A stretch of 64,000 nucleotides of DNA from Candidatus Latescibacterota bacterium (GTDB taxonomy: Bacteria > Latescibacterota > UBA2968 > GCA-2709665), in contig CAXXXF010000018.1 in the NCBI GenBank assembly GCA_963667175.2, forward strand, positions 32,001-96,000, read 5' to 3'. Shown one piece after another: positions 1-10,823 of the stretch; position 1 is the first letter of the stretch; each line of letters opens with the position of its first letter. The notes beneath the pieces are model-generated. The model saw nothing but the letters and a program-made list of their open reading frames with translations. It was not told the DNA's origin and made no database searches. The position numbers and the translations under genes are program-made.

Positions 1-12
1 GCCGAGAAGCCG

Positions 13-852
13 ATGCCGCTCGTTAGCTTTCTCGATTTGACGTACAAACTTCATGACTTCCTATGTCTTGCAATTGATAGGAACACGGCAATAGAGACAA
101 TCGTAGGATACTCAAGTGACCGAACGATCGAGAATAGAGGAAAGAAGCACGAAGTTGGGATTTCGGTATATTGTCGAAGCAAGCGGTATTCGCGAGAAAA
201 GACAGAAATCCATCTGCCTGAAATGCTATTGCCCTATAGGGTTGTGGCTTGCCGAATTGACAGCATTTTGACCAAATGGCTCGATAACTATGAGAGTCAT
301 GAGCCTGTGTTCAATCTATACTTCGCTACCAAATCTAATGACAAAGCATTCTTGGAGAGCAGATTCTTATCGTTGGCACAAGCAACAGAAGCTCTTCATA
401 GGAGTATTTCCAGTGAGACGCCAATGCCAAAAGCGGAGTTTCGCAAGCTCCGAGGCAGAATATTGAAAATCGTCCCTGATGGTGTTCAAAAGGAACTCAT
501 ACAGACAAAGTTGAGTTTTGCGAACGAACTCACGTTGCGAAAACGTATTGAAAGAATGATAGAGCCCTTTGTGTGTTTCTTTGGCACTAAAGAAGAAAGG
601 AAGGATTTCATTCGTGAAGTTCGCGACACGAGAAACTATCTGACACATTTCGATAGAGAGCTAAAGGCCAAGGCCGCAAAATGGGAGGATCTCTGGAGGC
701 TTTACATGAAACTTGAAGCCCTACTTCAATTGCATTTCATGCTTCTAATTGGATTGGACCTTGAGTTTATCAAGACCATAGTGAATGAGAATCACTCGCT
801 CCGCGAAAAACTCGAGCTTGAATATCAGGAGTCATCGGAGGAATCGGTGTAG
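13..852 (+). CDS. ApeA-like HEPN domain protein (probably 5'-truncated by window edge)
   Basis: RNYLTH = HEPN RxxxxH motif near C-terminus; FLSLAQATEALHR segment typical of ApeA-family HEPN; low-GC defence context. Confidence 0.7.
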   Translation: MPLVSFLDLTYKLHDFLCLAIDRNTAIETIVGYSSDRTIENRGKKHEVGISVYCRSKRYSREKTEIHLPEMLLPYRVVACRIDSILTKWLDNYESHEPVFNLYFATKSNDKAFLESRFLSLAQATEALHRSISSETPMPKAEFRKLRGRILKIVPDGVQKELIQTKLSFANELTLRKRIERMIEPFVCFFGTKEERKDFIREVRDTRNYLTHFDRELKAKAAKWEDLWRLYMKLEALLQLHFMLLIGLDLEFIKTIVNENHSLREKLELEYQESSEESV

Positions 853-988
853 GACGGCGGATTTTACGTACAATTGAGTTTTGTGCCAAACGCGGGTAAA
901 TATAGGCCCAACGCACAACGAGACCTGAATGGCTGCATGTAATTGAGCCAAATCTCCCAAACAAGACCGCAACTGCCAATACCGTTTT

Positions 989-3900
989 TTATGGTAATCC
1001 CACTTTCGCCTCGCCTCTTCCTGTCAAATTCAATATCCCCGCAATCCGCCTCGCTACCTCCGCAAAGTACTGTACTTCCTCTGGCTTGAGCGCTCGGTCG
1101 AGCACCTTCCGTTCGCGATAGGATAGCCATTTCTTGAGTACCTGATAGCCGCCGAGTTTGTAGTTCCAGACCGCGGCGGGGACGTTGCGCCAGAAGGCTT
1201 TGTCATTCAGGTATATGTCAAACGTATTGTCACCCAGCACTGATTTCACCGAGCCCAGCGCCTGCTTTTCATCCGCCGTGTATTTTCGTTGTTCAGCGCG
1301 CCCCTGTCCCGGCATCACGGCTTCGCCCGATCCGTAATGACCCCACCCGGCGGTGACCGCGAAATCGTCACCCGACATATTACGATTATCGACAGTTGAT
1401 GGCACGGCAATCGCTTTGATTTCCGGTCGCAGTGTGCCCTGGGTCACACCCGACACCGGCGTCTCGGGGTCAAGTAGCCCTGCCAGTTCACGGCCCCGAG
1501 CAGCGGATTCAGCAAAGGCCTGAGCTGCTCCATTGCCTTTGCCGTCCGGCCATCCAGGCAGCGGAATACGCGGCCATCCCATTTTCAGCGCACCCGCGTT
1601 AGTATCCCGGTAGTCAGAATCGTGAAGAGTGTAAATGACGTTGTAAAACAGGTCTTCTACACCTGCATCGAAGCATTCGAGGTAGCTTCCGGCTTCAGTA
1701 GTCAAGTTGTGCCTGTGCTGCGGTGAATCGGGCTGCCCGCCTTCGTATCGAAGAAATGCGGGGAAAAAGTATGACATTCCATTTCCGAAATTGTCTGCAA
1801 GATGTCTAACGACGGTGCCACGGCAGAATTCTTGTCCGGGTTCTCGTTTTCTTGCTTCGATCCAAATATTCCCGTTGAATACATGCGGCTTATAGTCAGC
1901 GCAGGGAGTATCGAGAAGTCCTGATTCCGACTCCCAATAAAGCCAACGATTGTCAAAGGGCCGATAGGCGTATTTGACGAAACTACCCGTGTCCGGTCCA
2001 CCGCGTCGAAGCAACTCATCCCGTACCGCGTGGGCGTCATACTTCGCTGTGGTACGCATTGCAGTTCGATACCGGCCTGCTAATTCACCATGACTCAAGT
2101 CTGAATCGAAATAGTCAGCAATACGTTTCTCCAACCTCCTACGATCGGTATCAATTAGAAACGAATCACGGTTAGTCTTGATCGCTGAGAACGAAACAGG
2201 AATCAAGTCGGGCAGCGCCGGCCAATCGAACCAATCTTCACTGACTGCCATTGGTTTGAAGGGTAAGCCGAGGCGGAGAATAGGCGGAGATGCCGAATAG
2301 CCATCATCGATTTCGGTGGCTTTGACCGCGTTCAACAATGCCGTTCTTCTTTCATCGGCCTTTGCTTGATGAAAATCCCTATATAGGACTCGTCCTTCTA
2401 TCGAACCATCTTGGTGGGCTCCGGATCTTGTTAGCAAGACGATGCTGGTGCCAACCTTGATACCCGGCGATTGGCCTCGAATGGAGAAGATCGTCTCGCT
2501 GGTCCGGCCATCAGGCGCATACTCGGAGATGATGCGGTCTCCGTGTAAGTTGTCAATCCGAATGGTATCAAACGTATCCAGAAATTGCTCACGCATTCCC
2601 GTATGTGACAGGCCGTCCAGCCAGGAATAGTTGGAAATGAACGAGACGACGCCCTGGCCGGTTTTCGCGATTCGGCGTTCCGCCATCCGGAAAAACCGTA
2701 CGTAAGGATCGTTTAAACCCTGGCCTTCCGGCCGGCGCACCCGCTTCGTAGTGCGGTAAGCTTCGGACAGATCGCGCTCTTCATCTACGGCCACAGCGGC
2801 GAATCCGTTATAGGGTGGATTGCCGAGGATTACGAGGATCGGTGTGTCCTGTTTCACCTTTCCGGCCCGGTCGCGCTCCTGCTGAAGTTCGGGAAAGGCA
2901 ACTGTCTGCGACCCCTCTCCGGTACCCTCCCAGTCGGTCAGTGCGTTGGTGAGCAGGATGCCCAAACGTTCCGATCCGTCGTTCGAGAACGTCGCGTCAA
3001 GATCTCTGAGGGCGAGGTCAACCTGGAGATGGGCAACCACGAAGGGCGCCGGCATGATCTCGAAGCCGAACACACGCTCCGTCGCCGCTTGCTTTACCCG
3101 CGCACCGGCCAGGGCACCGAGTCCGCGTCCTTCCAGATTGGCGGCAATGCGGCGCAGTACCTCAGCGATAAACGCGCCAGTCCCACAGCAAGGGTCCAGC
3201 ACGTAGACGTTCTCCGCGGCAAGTCCGTCTACAATGCCAAGGTCGTCCTTGAGCGCCTTATCAACGCGGGCAACCATGTAGCGCACGACTTCAGACGGGG
3301 TGTACCAGACCCCCAACTGCTTTCGTAAGTCCGGATCGAATGCTTGCAGGAATGGTTCATAGAAATACGTTACGGCTTCTCCCTCGTCAAAACGGGCAAA
3401 GAAGGCGTCACCATCCACCCGGTCAAGCGCGGCGGACGTCCAATTCAGCACCTCAACAAGGCCGATGGAACGCAGTCTGCCTGGCTGCGATACCTGCTGG
3501 AATAAAGCCTGCATTACCGGCGTGCGGAGATGCCACACGGCTTCATGCCAATTGAACTCGATCCCGGGCGCAGGCTTATTTCGCGCCCAAAGCACCCACG
3601 CGGAGAATATGCCGTAGAATAGTGTCTGAACCAGCGTCGAATGGAAAAAACGCTCACCACGTTCGTCCTCGAACCGAACACCCAGTGATTCCTCCAACGC
3701 GGATCGTATCGCGTTGAGCGACGAAGAATCGTCCGCGGCTACGACTCGAGTCAGTCCGTCGCGGGCGTACGAGGCGAGTAACCAGGCAAGGTCCTTCGGT
3801 TCGGTGATCGCCGCCTGGTGAGACAGCGCACGGATCAGGTATTCACTCAGCCCGGCGCCCACCTCGTGGGCGAAGGTGCGCGGCTTTTGCAACCTTCGGT

Positions 3901-4366
3901 TGAACTCATCCTCGGTGTCAGCGAGGCTATAAGATTCGAAATCGGTCTCAACTCCGGCTCTATCGCGACCGACAAGAGTAAACCCTCGAAAATTGGTCAT
4001 CAAAACCAGGTCGTACCGGGTCCAATATCGTGTTACCTGACCACGAACCTCCGGCGTACCCATATTTTCCGCTGTAGGCTTTACTTCCACGACGCCGCGT
4101 TCCGGAATTTGTCCGGGGCGCGGATTGCCCTTTTGCACCTGATTGGACGTGTAGAGACCAAAGTCTGGGCGTCCCGAACCCTGATCGGCCAACTCGCCGA
4201 CGCAGTATACCTTCGGCTTAAGTGACTTTCCAACCGCATTCAAGAGATTGGCCAGCGGCCCATGGTTCGAGAGCTCTCCGGTTCCCCCGCCCATGGCTCG
4301 GATTCGTCGAAGGTCAGTGAAATAGTCTTCAACTGCCTGCGTCAGTCTCGCTGTCGATTTGGCCAT
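989..4366 (-). CDS. Type IIG / type ISP-like restriction-modification fusion (nuclease + N6-adenine MTase + specificity domain)
   Basis: N-terminal PDF...VEVK nuclease-like motif, GVWYTP, LDPCCGTG SAM motif I, GNPPY motif IV, YAYRPFD and IGGYQVLKKWL-type (LGGYQVLKKWL) C-terminal motifs; no helicase motifs seen. Confidence 0.85.
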   Translation of the reverse strand: MAKSTARLTQAVEDYFTDLRRIRAMGGGTGELSNHGPLANLLNAVGKSLKPKVYCVGELADQGSGRPDFGLYTSNQVQKGNPRPGQIPERGVVEVKPTAENMGTPEVRGQVTRYWTRYDLVLMTNFRGFTLVGRDRAGVETDFESYSLADTEDEFNRRLQKPRTFAHEVGAGLSEYLIRALSHQAAITEPKDLAWLLASYARDGLTRVVAADDSSSLNAIRSALEESLGVRFEDERGERFFHSTLVQTLFYGIFSAWVLWARNKPAPGIEFNWHEAVWHLRTPVMQALFQQVSQPGRLRSIGLVEVLNWTSAALDRVDGDAFFARFDEGEAVTYFYEPFLQAFDPDLRKQLGVWYTPSEVVRYMVARVDKALKDDLGIVDGLAAENVYVLDPCCGTGAFIAEVLRRIAANLEGRGLGALAGARVKQAATERVFGFEIMPAPFVVAHLQVDLALRDLDATFSNDGSERLGILLTNALTDWEGTGEGSQTVAFPELQQERDRAGKVKQDTPILVILGNPPYNGFAAVAVDEERDLSEAYRTTKRVRRPEGQGLNDPYVRFFRMAERRIAKTGQGVVSFISNYSWLDGLSHTGMREQFLDTFDTIRIDNLHGDRIISEYAPDGRTSETIFSIRGQSPGIKVGTSIVLLTRSGAHQDGSIEGRVLYRDFHQAKADERRTALLNAVKATEIDDGYSASPPILRLGLPFKPMAVSEDWFDWPALPDLIPVSFSAIKTNRDSFLIDTDRRRLEKRIADYFDSDLSHGELAGRYRTAMRTTAKYDAHAVRDELLRRGGPDTGSFVKYAYRPFDNRWLYWESESGLLDTPCADYKPHVFNGNIWIEARKREPGQEFCRGTVVRHLADNFGNGMSYFFPAFLRYEGGQPDSPQHRHNLTTEAGSYLECFDAGVEDLFYNVIYTLHDSDYRDTNAGALKMGWPRIPLPGWPDGKGNGAAQAFAESAARGRELAGLLDPETPVSGVTQGTLRPEIKAIAVPSTVDNRNMSGDDFAVTAGWGHYGSGEAVMPGQGRAEQRKYTADEKQALGSVKSVLGDNTFDIYLNDKAFWRNVPAAVWNYKLGGYQVLKKWLSYRERKVLDRALKPEEVQYFAEVARRIAGILNLTGRGEAKVGLP

Positions 4367-4465
4367 AATACGTTATGCTCTTTCAAGTGGCTCAAGTTCG
4401 AGTTTCTCAACCGAAAGCCGGATGCTTTAGTTGGAGAGACATATCTGATAGTTTTCCCAAAGGAA

Positions 4466-7400
4466 TTACATCAATCCGCGCCTCGCAGCAACTTCCCTCA
4501 GGCCTTGTTTGAGTTCACAGGAAAGGTCTGATCGAAGGAGCTTCTCGATGAGTTCTTTGCCGTTGGGCCAAGCAAGCGGCCGGGATTTGATCTGGTCCAG
4601 GTAAGATAGGAGTTTAGCGACCGCTTTGGGATGATGTTTCCAGAGTTCGTTCTTGTAAACCAAATATACGACCCGACTGCTATTAGCGCTTTGGACTTTT
4701 GACTCCACAGGTTGCATCTTGACTGCCAAATCAACGGCCTCAGAGAACACCTCCTTTAGATCAGGCAACCAGCAAAGTTGAATCCAGATTTCGTCAGCGC
4801 TAAGTGACGCCGGGACACCCTGAGTCCGGTATTCCCAATAGCGTTTGCCCCAAAGTTCCCACCACTCGCGTTGCTGCGAGTCAGTCATGTGTTCGAGACG
4901 GTTTCCTATTGTAATCGCGAAGTAACGTCGCGCATTGACGCCTGCGTGGTTGAAAAATTCGGGAATCCAGACTTCCAGCGGGTCGTCGGCATAGTACGTC
5001 AACATTTCGGTATAGCGCGCGATAAATTGCTTTTTCCCTTCAACCGAGAAATCTTGCTCTATTCGGGAAACGGCATCAAGGAATGCCTCCCCCATGAGTT
5101 CAGCCACTGCCGGGCTGAGACGCCCATACAAAAAGCCGTCCCAAATTGCCTGATAGTCCTCAACATTGGAGCGATTCGTAAAAAACGGTACAAGTTTTGC
5201 CTCTGTCCAATCTCGATCGACACCGATCAAAAAAGAAAGATACCGTGCAAGGACGGCTCTGCCCAACCTTCCGGCAAGTGTTTTATCCTCGACGATATCT
5301 AAAAGTGCATCACGATAGGCTGGGCTTAGGTCATCGGGCTCCCCGGCTTGCTGTTTTCGCAAGCAATTCAGGCTATGCAGCCAGAAACCGGCGAGAAGAC
5401 CGGCGGTGCTGTTAATCGCCGCCGTAAGCCAGGACCCGATTTCCCTTCGCCCATCGTCGCGGTCAACGTGGCACCACAGGTTAGCTGCGATTTGGTTAGC
5501 TTGTGTAAGCGGTATGTGGGCATGTTGGGTCTGGTTATTTGACACCAAGTTGTAGAGGGATTCGGCGATGGGACGTGCACAGTTTTTTTGCAATTCGATC
5601 CTTTCCAATTGCTGAATGACTTGACAAACTCGATTCTGGTCGAGTTCTGTCACCGACCACAACCGCATTAGAGTGTTCCATAAATCGGTATCCCAGTTCC
5701 GTCTCTTGGCCACCGCATCCGCCAAATCAAGTCCCCACTGGAAATCACGCTTTGCCGCATCCGAGACGGCTATGTTAAGCCCGAGACGGTCTGGTTCATT
5801 AATTCCTGTATCCTGGAATGACAATAGTTCGTCGGCCCATTCTTCAGCGGGTTTCGAAAGGAGTTCGTCTACGGACCAGGGACTCTGGCGGATTCCCGGG
5901 ACGGAACTCATCCAGTGAGTGAGATCTGGATGGTCGCTCGGCTGGAATTCAGGAAAACGACTCAGCACGTCGTCTAGAGCTTCTTTGGCCAACGAACAGT
6001 CGGGTGCCGATTTATGTAGCCAGTCGATCCATGGTGCGCCGTGAAAGGCGCGGAACTCCAGTGGGTGAGAGTCCCACCCGACAAATGTTGCTACAGTCGG
6101 TAGCAACCGGAGCGGGGGTGAAGGTAACGACATCTCCGAAGCCTCCGGTGTAAAGGGTCGCAAGGCGACTCGGCGAGTATGCGGGCCGAAACGTGCAGTG
6201 AACGCTGAGCAGGCCTCGAAAAAGGTAATGCGGGAGCCGACCCGCCCATGGATCGGGGAAGGCCGCCGTCGTTGGAAAAAGAGAGCAACGCGTGCATCCA
6301 ACGGTCCCGCCGGGGTAATGGCGAAGGCACGTATACAAGGGGTTCCGACGCAACACGGGAAGCCCCAGCGGTGGTGAATAGACACCAACCGGACGCCCGT
6401 GAGGGACAGGCCGGGCCGTATGGGGTGGCGGACAGGCTCGTAGTACCCGTGAAGCCGGGTAACGCCGGTGGAGGGAAGGGGCCTGACTTCGGATGTGCTT
6501 GCGAAGGGGACAACTGTCGGGAGAGTGGCGCAAGCCTATTACCTCCTCTAAAAGTAGATGAGGCGACTCCGGAACAAGCTTGGGCTTCAGGTGAAGCTGT
6601 CCGGGCAGTGCGGGCAGCGTGTGCCTGAAGGCGACGTCCGTCGGAGAGCCGGATGCGGGAAACCCGCACGTCCGGTTCGACGAGCGGGATGTGGAAACGG
6701 AGCACGGAGCGGCTATTGAGGCACCGCCAGACGAAAGGGGCGGAAACAGATAAGAAGGGCCACTCCTAAACCACCGCGCCACATCCCGACTCTACTGAAA
6801 TGACGGTAGGCAGTTTTGGTCTTCGTGTCCTCATCTTCTTGTATTGGCGCGCGATAGGCCTGAACGGCATCTATGACAGCCATTCGTTGCCGCTGATCGG
6901 CTTTCGGGTACGTCTTTCGCAAACAGACGAACAGTTCATGATGCGCGGCGTGATCGTAAAGATCCATGCAAGCCAATAACCATTCGATTTTTTCGCTGGA
7001 ATTTGGATCATTGTGGAACGATAATGCGTGCACCGCGAGTCGGCGTAGAAGCGGTGACTCCTCACCTGCGAGTCTGTCACACCACTGCGCTGCCTTCTCC
7101 GGCCGATTTGTCGCGAGCCATTCCAGGCAGTCTCGGGCGGCATCGATCAATACGTCAATTGTCTCCGGGTATTTGTCCTGTTCGTGCGGTTCGATGGCGC
7201 TTCGGCTATCACTGACCGGATTCCAATCGCGGTTGGCCTCCTGCCACGTGGTGAGTGTCCGGTGTTGCGTCGTCAGGTGCTCGATAACGGTCGCAAGTAG
7301 CGTCTCCGCTACAAGGTCGAGATTCGGTTTCAATCCGTTAGTCCAGAGTTCATTGATCGTGTGGTGATCACTGACGGGTGCGCATTCGATATCCATTCGT

Positions 7401-8770
7401 GGACTCTGTTCCTCCTCGTCTGAAACAGGCCAAGAAAAACCCCGCTTGACCACAACGCGGCTTGCCGCCATCGCATCGAAGACATCGACGACACGATCCA
7501 ACAGTTTGTTCTTTATGCATCGTTCTCCCAAACAAAACAACGGATGCTCAGATTCCAATTGAGCTGGCGCTGTAGCGAGCAGAAGCGAAACCCATCGCGA
7601 TAGAATTTCACAATCCAATTTCGCGTCTTCACAGGACTCAATAGTTCGACATAGCTGACGCCAGAATGCCGGATTTACCCGCATATGGTGCCGGCCGATT
7701 GACAGAAAAAGCTCATCTGGATGTTCGCATAGGAATTGCCGGGCGAGCCAATTTGACAAGAGGACATCCCGTTCACTCAGTTCGCCGCTTCCAAAGAGTC
7801 CATCCAGATTATCGCGCTCGTCGAGCCAGGCGACCCATTCAACCGACGTCGCGGCATCGGTGAAAAATCGTGTCTTCGTTTCGTCTGTTAGCGCATCCTT
7901 AATAACATCCATCGCCTCGTCGTCAAGGGTAGGCGGCTTTTGGGCGATTTCCGTTATCTCCCGCTGCCAGTCAAGAATACTGCGTCTTGCGTGATTGGCA
8001 AGACCGTGAACTCCTCTAAGGAGAGGGCCGTGGTCATTGTCGGATGTCTTTATATATTCGATCGGTACTATGCCGAGATTCTGCCACCGGCTGTCCTTAG
8101 CATCATGCGTAAGTGCAAAACGTCTATCAGTTTCGCTGACCGGTAAAGCCCGTGACAAATAGTTCATGATTGTGTCGTTATGACTGTAACCTACGAAAAG
8201 AACGGTGAATGAACGAAATACCTCGACAAGAAAACTCCGCGCCCACCCCTCAGTGAGATATGCGCGGCCAAAATCTGCGTCTGTGAGAACCATCTCGTCA
8301 GGGCGATCAAGAGCGCCGTGAACATGAACGATTCCACTAAATTTCCTCCCCAAAGGGAGGGCGGGAGCTCGAAATACGTCCGGTTCCGAGTCGAATAAGC
8401 CGTCTACCGCCTGCTCGAACAGAAGATCGAAATTAGTGGTGACGATCAGGGGTGATTTGGATTTCGGATATAACCTCAGAAGATCCCGGTGCAAATCGGT
8501 AGAGTGGGGGTTTTCCTGAGAAAGCTCTTGTTTTGCTCGAGTATGTACGTCCGTACCGCTGTATCGAAGCAGACCCAGGAATTGGTCTTCGGACTCGTCG
8601 TCCTGCAAGGTTCGTCCCGTGCCGCGAGCGACTGCCCTTGTAAGGCCTCGGAAGCTCGGAAGGTTCGCCGGGTCTCCCATCGATACGCCTGCCCCAGCGA
8701 ATACGACCAGCTTGTCGTCGCGTAAGGCGTTTACTAACTGCCTGGGAAAATCGATGCCTTTAATTTTCAT
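4466..8770 (-). pseudogene. Dsr1-like anti-phage sirtuin (SIR2 + DUF4020-like), interrupted by antisense group II intron at 6034-6795
   Basis: VVFAGAGVS, TTNFD, VHVHG, LFVGYS SIR2 motifs; removing 6034-6795 joins ORFs 6713-8770 and 4466-6388 in frame (AYRHF-T-WIDWLHK), giving 3543 nt = 1180 aa. Confidence 0.85.
6034..6795 (+). mobile_element. ORF-less group II intron (762 nt)
   Basis: Starts GTGCG, ends GACTCTAC; domain V GAGCCGGATGCGGGAAACCCGCACGTCCGGTTC at ~6646-6678; ribozyme domains closely similar to the intron at 38627-40602; no RT ORF. Confidence 0.93.
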
Positions 8771-9101
8771 AGTCGATTCGTTGGATTCGTTAGCGCCACA
8801 TTACGCCACGCAGCATTGCCCCACCCTTCAATTCGTCCCCTCGCTGACGCTGTCCCTTTACCAGATTTCCCCGAATGCGTAGTCCTCCAACCATCGCGCG
8901 GATGCGCCGCAGGTCTGTGAAATATCGCTCAACCGCTGTCGTCAATCGGGTCGCTGTATCGGTCGTGATACGCGCCTTTCAACGCTCCGGGTGTCCGTGG
9001 CGCTTGAATTTCGACCTTAATTCCTATATTTTTCGGATATCGTCGGTATGATACCTGTCACCAGTCCGAGAGAACTTCCTTTACGCACGCAGGTCGTCGC
9101 C

Positions 9102-9530
9102 ATGCAAAAGAACCCCTGCCAATCTCTGGGTGAGCGCATCGCGAGTGTGCTCGAATCCCACCAGGAAGTTCTGGAGGCTTATCTGTTCGGCTCCCACGCG
9201 CTGGGGACGGCACAGCCCCACAGCGACATAGACGTAGCCGTTTACGTCGATGAAGCGAATGTCAATGAAGGCACTTTCGGATATCGGGCGCAATTGACGG
9301 CGGAGATCATGGCCGGCCTCCACGTCAACGACGTTGACCTGCTGATTCTCAACCACGCTCCCCCGGTGCTTTACTACCACGTGCTGCGCGACGGCATCCG
9401 CGTCCTGTCTCGCGACTTGGCGGCGACAACGACGAGGGAAGGCTACGCGGTTTCCCGATACTGCGACTTCGTTCCCCAGGTTGCAAAAATGGATCCGCCA
9501 TGGCGTATGCGCGCCGATGGTGAACGGTGA
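9102..9530 (+). CDS. MntA-like minimal nucleotidyltransferase (type VII TA antitoxin)
   Basis: AYLFGS...SDIDVAV and VDLLILN motifs; start taken at MQKNP (ORF track starts 9048). Confidence 0.85.
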   Translation: MQKNPCQSLGERIASVLESHQEVLEAYLFGSHALGTAQPHSDIDVAVYVDEANVNEGTFGYRAQLTAEIMAGLHVNDVDLLILNHAPPVLYYHVLRDGIRVLSRDLAATTTREGYAVSRYCDFVPQVAKMDPPWRMRADGER

Positions 9531-9602
9531 CTCCCGGACGTCCGAATGCCCTCGCCGTGCCGCTCTTGTTGACCTTCCGTCAAGGTGATGAACCGCCACC
9601 CC

Positions 9603-10703
9603 TCATTCCGGCGCTTCCTCGACGCCGTCCCTTTCCCAGATTTCCCCGTGCGCGTATTTCTCAACCCATGAGTCGAGATCTTCGGCCTGGATCCTCTTGA
9701 ATTCCGTGCTTTCGTTATTGCGTTGCACGACCACGATGTCGTCCGCGTCGAAGCTATCGACGAAGGCGCTGGACTGTGTGCTGACGAGCACCTGCACATG
9801 CTCGCTGACGGAACGAAACAGGGAGGCAATCACGTCCACCGCGCAGGGGTCCAGTCCGAGTTCCGGTTCGTCCACCACAATCAGTGACGGCAGTTTTTCA
9901 GCCGGCTGTAACAGAAGCGATATCAGACACATCGCTCGCAAGGTGCCGTCCGAAAGCTGATGCGGCCCGAAAACGAGATCGGACTCGCGATGCCGCCAGT
10001 TGAGTATTATATCTCTTGATTCGGCGGGCTCCAGATCGAAGTCATCGAAGAACGGCGCCACCTGCCGGACCGTGGTGACAATACTCTGGTAAGCGGTTTC
10101 ACTCGTGGCCTTGAGCGCGTAGAGTATCGCCGCGAGGTTGCCCGCGTCGGGCTTGAGCCAACGGTTGTCTCCCATGTAGCCGTATTGCCGGACTCTCGAC
10201 GACGGCGATGTATTGTGAAAGTGATAGACGCGGCAACGATTCAGCAGAACCCTCAGTGTTTTCGCCGTGGGCTCCCCTGTTTCCGCCACTTCTCCAATCT
10301 TCGTTTCCATATGACCAACGCCCAGCTGTACTATTTTGGGGCTGGGAAAACCTTCCTGATGGAACGCAGCTGTTTCTTCCGCGAATATGAGCGCATCCCC
10401 CGCGGCGTGGAAGAGTCTCATATGGTAGGTGTCCAATCCGTTCTCCACCTGGAACACCATCTTCGCTTCCATTTGCGGGGTCACTCCGGGGCCGAAGTGC
10501 AGGTTCCCCGTGGCCTTACCCGTCGCGCTGACGTGCTGCTGAAGGCGTCCGCCCATCAGTTCATTCACCAGCTTGAAAAAGGCAATGAGATTGCTCTTGC
10601 CGGCTCCGTTGGCGCCGATGAGGACGTTGAGCGGCTTGAGCTCCAGGGTCATCTCTTTAATGGAGCGAAATCCCTTAATTTCGACGTTGTTCAGCGTTGT
10701 CAT
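9603..10703 (-). CDS. AAA_21/RecF-like ABC-family ATPase
   Basis: GANGAGKSN Walker A, LSDGT signature, IVVDEPE Walker B, STQS switch. Confidence 0.85.
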   Translation of the reverse strand: MTTLNNVEIKGFRSIKEMTLELKPLNVLIGANGAGKSNLIAFFKLVNELMGGRLQQHVSATGKATGNLHFGPGVTPQMEAKMVFQVENGLDTYHMRLFHAAGDALIFAEETAAFHQEGFPSPKIVQLGVGHMETKIGEVAETGEPTAKTLRVLLNRCRVYHFHNTSPSSRVRQYGYMGDNRWLKPDAGNLAAILYALKATSETAYQSIVTTVRQVAPFFDDFDLEPAESRDIILNWRHRESDLVFGPHQLSDGTLRAMCLISLLLQPAEKLPSLIVVDEPELGLDPCAVDVIASLFRSVSEHVQVLVSTQSSAFVDSFDADDIVVVQRNNESTEFKRIQAEDLDSWVEKYAHGEIWERDGVEEAPE

Positions 10704-10769
10704 GGTGTTTCCCCCAAACTTGGAACACGATCCTCTTTAATTTACAGACCCGAATTTACATGGATGGAC

Positions 10770-10823
10770 CTGCCTGCCTGTCCAGCCGGCGCAGCCAGGC
10801 GGGCTGAATCAGGTGAGGCAGGC
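10770..10823. repeat. 54-bp palindromic mini-element (copy 1)
   Basis: CTGCCTGCCT...AGGCAGGC(AG) inverted ends; near-identical copy at 16455-16508. Confidence 0.8.

Noticed and set aside
6012-6782. ORFs 6012-6782, 6091-6705, 6248-6628 (and 39908-40609) as proteins
   Set aside because: They are chance frames across GC-rich intron RNA.
6034-6795. In-frame read-through of the intron within the sirtuin (762 is divisible by 3)
   Set aside because: A stop codon occurs in the sirtuin frame at 6713-6715.
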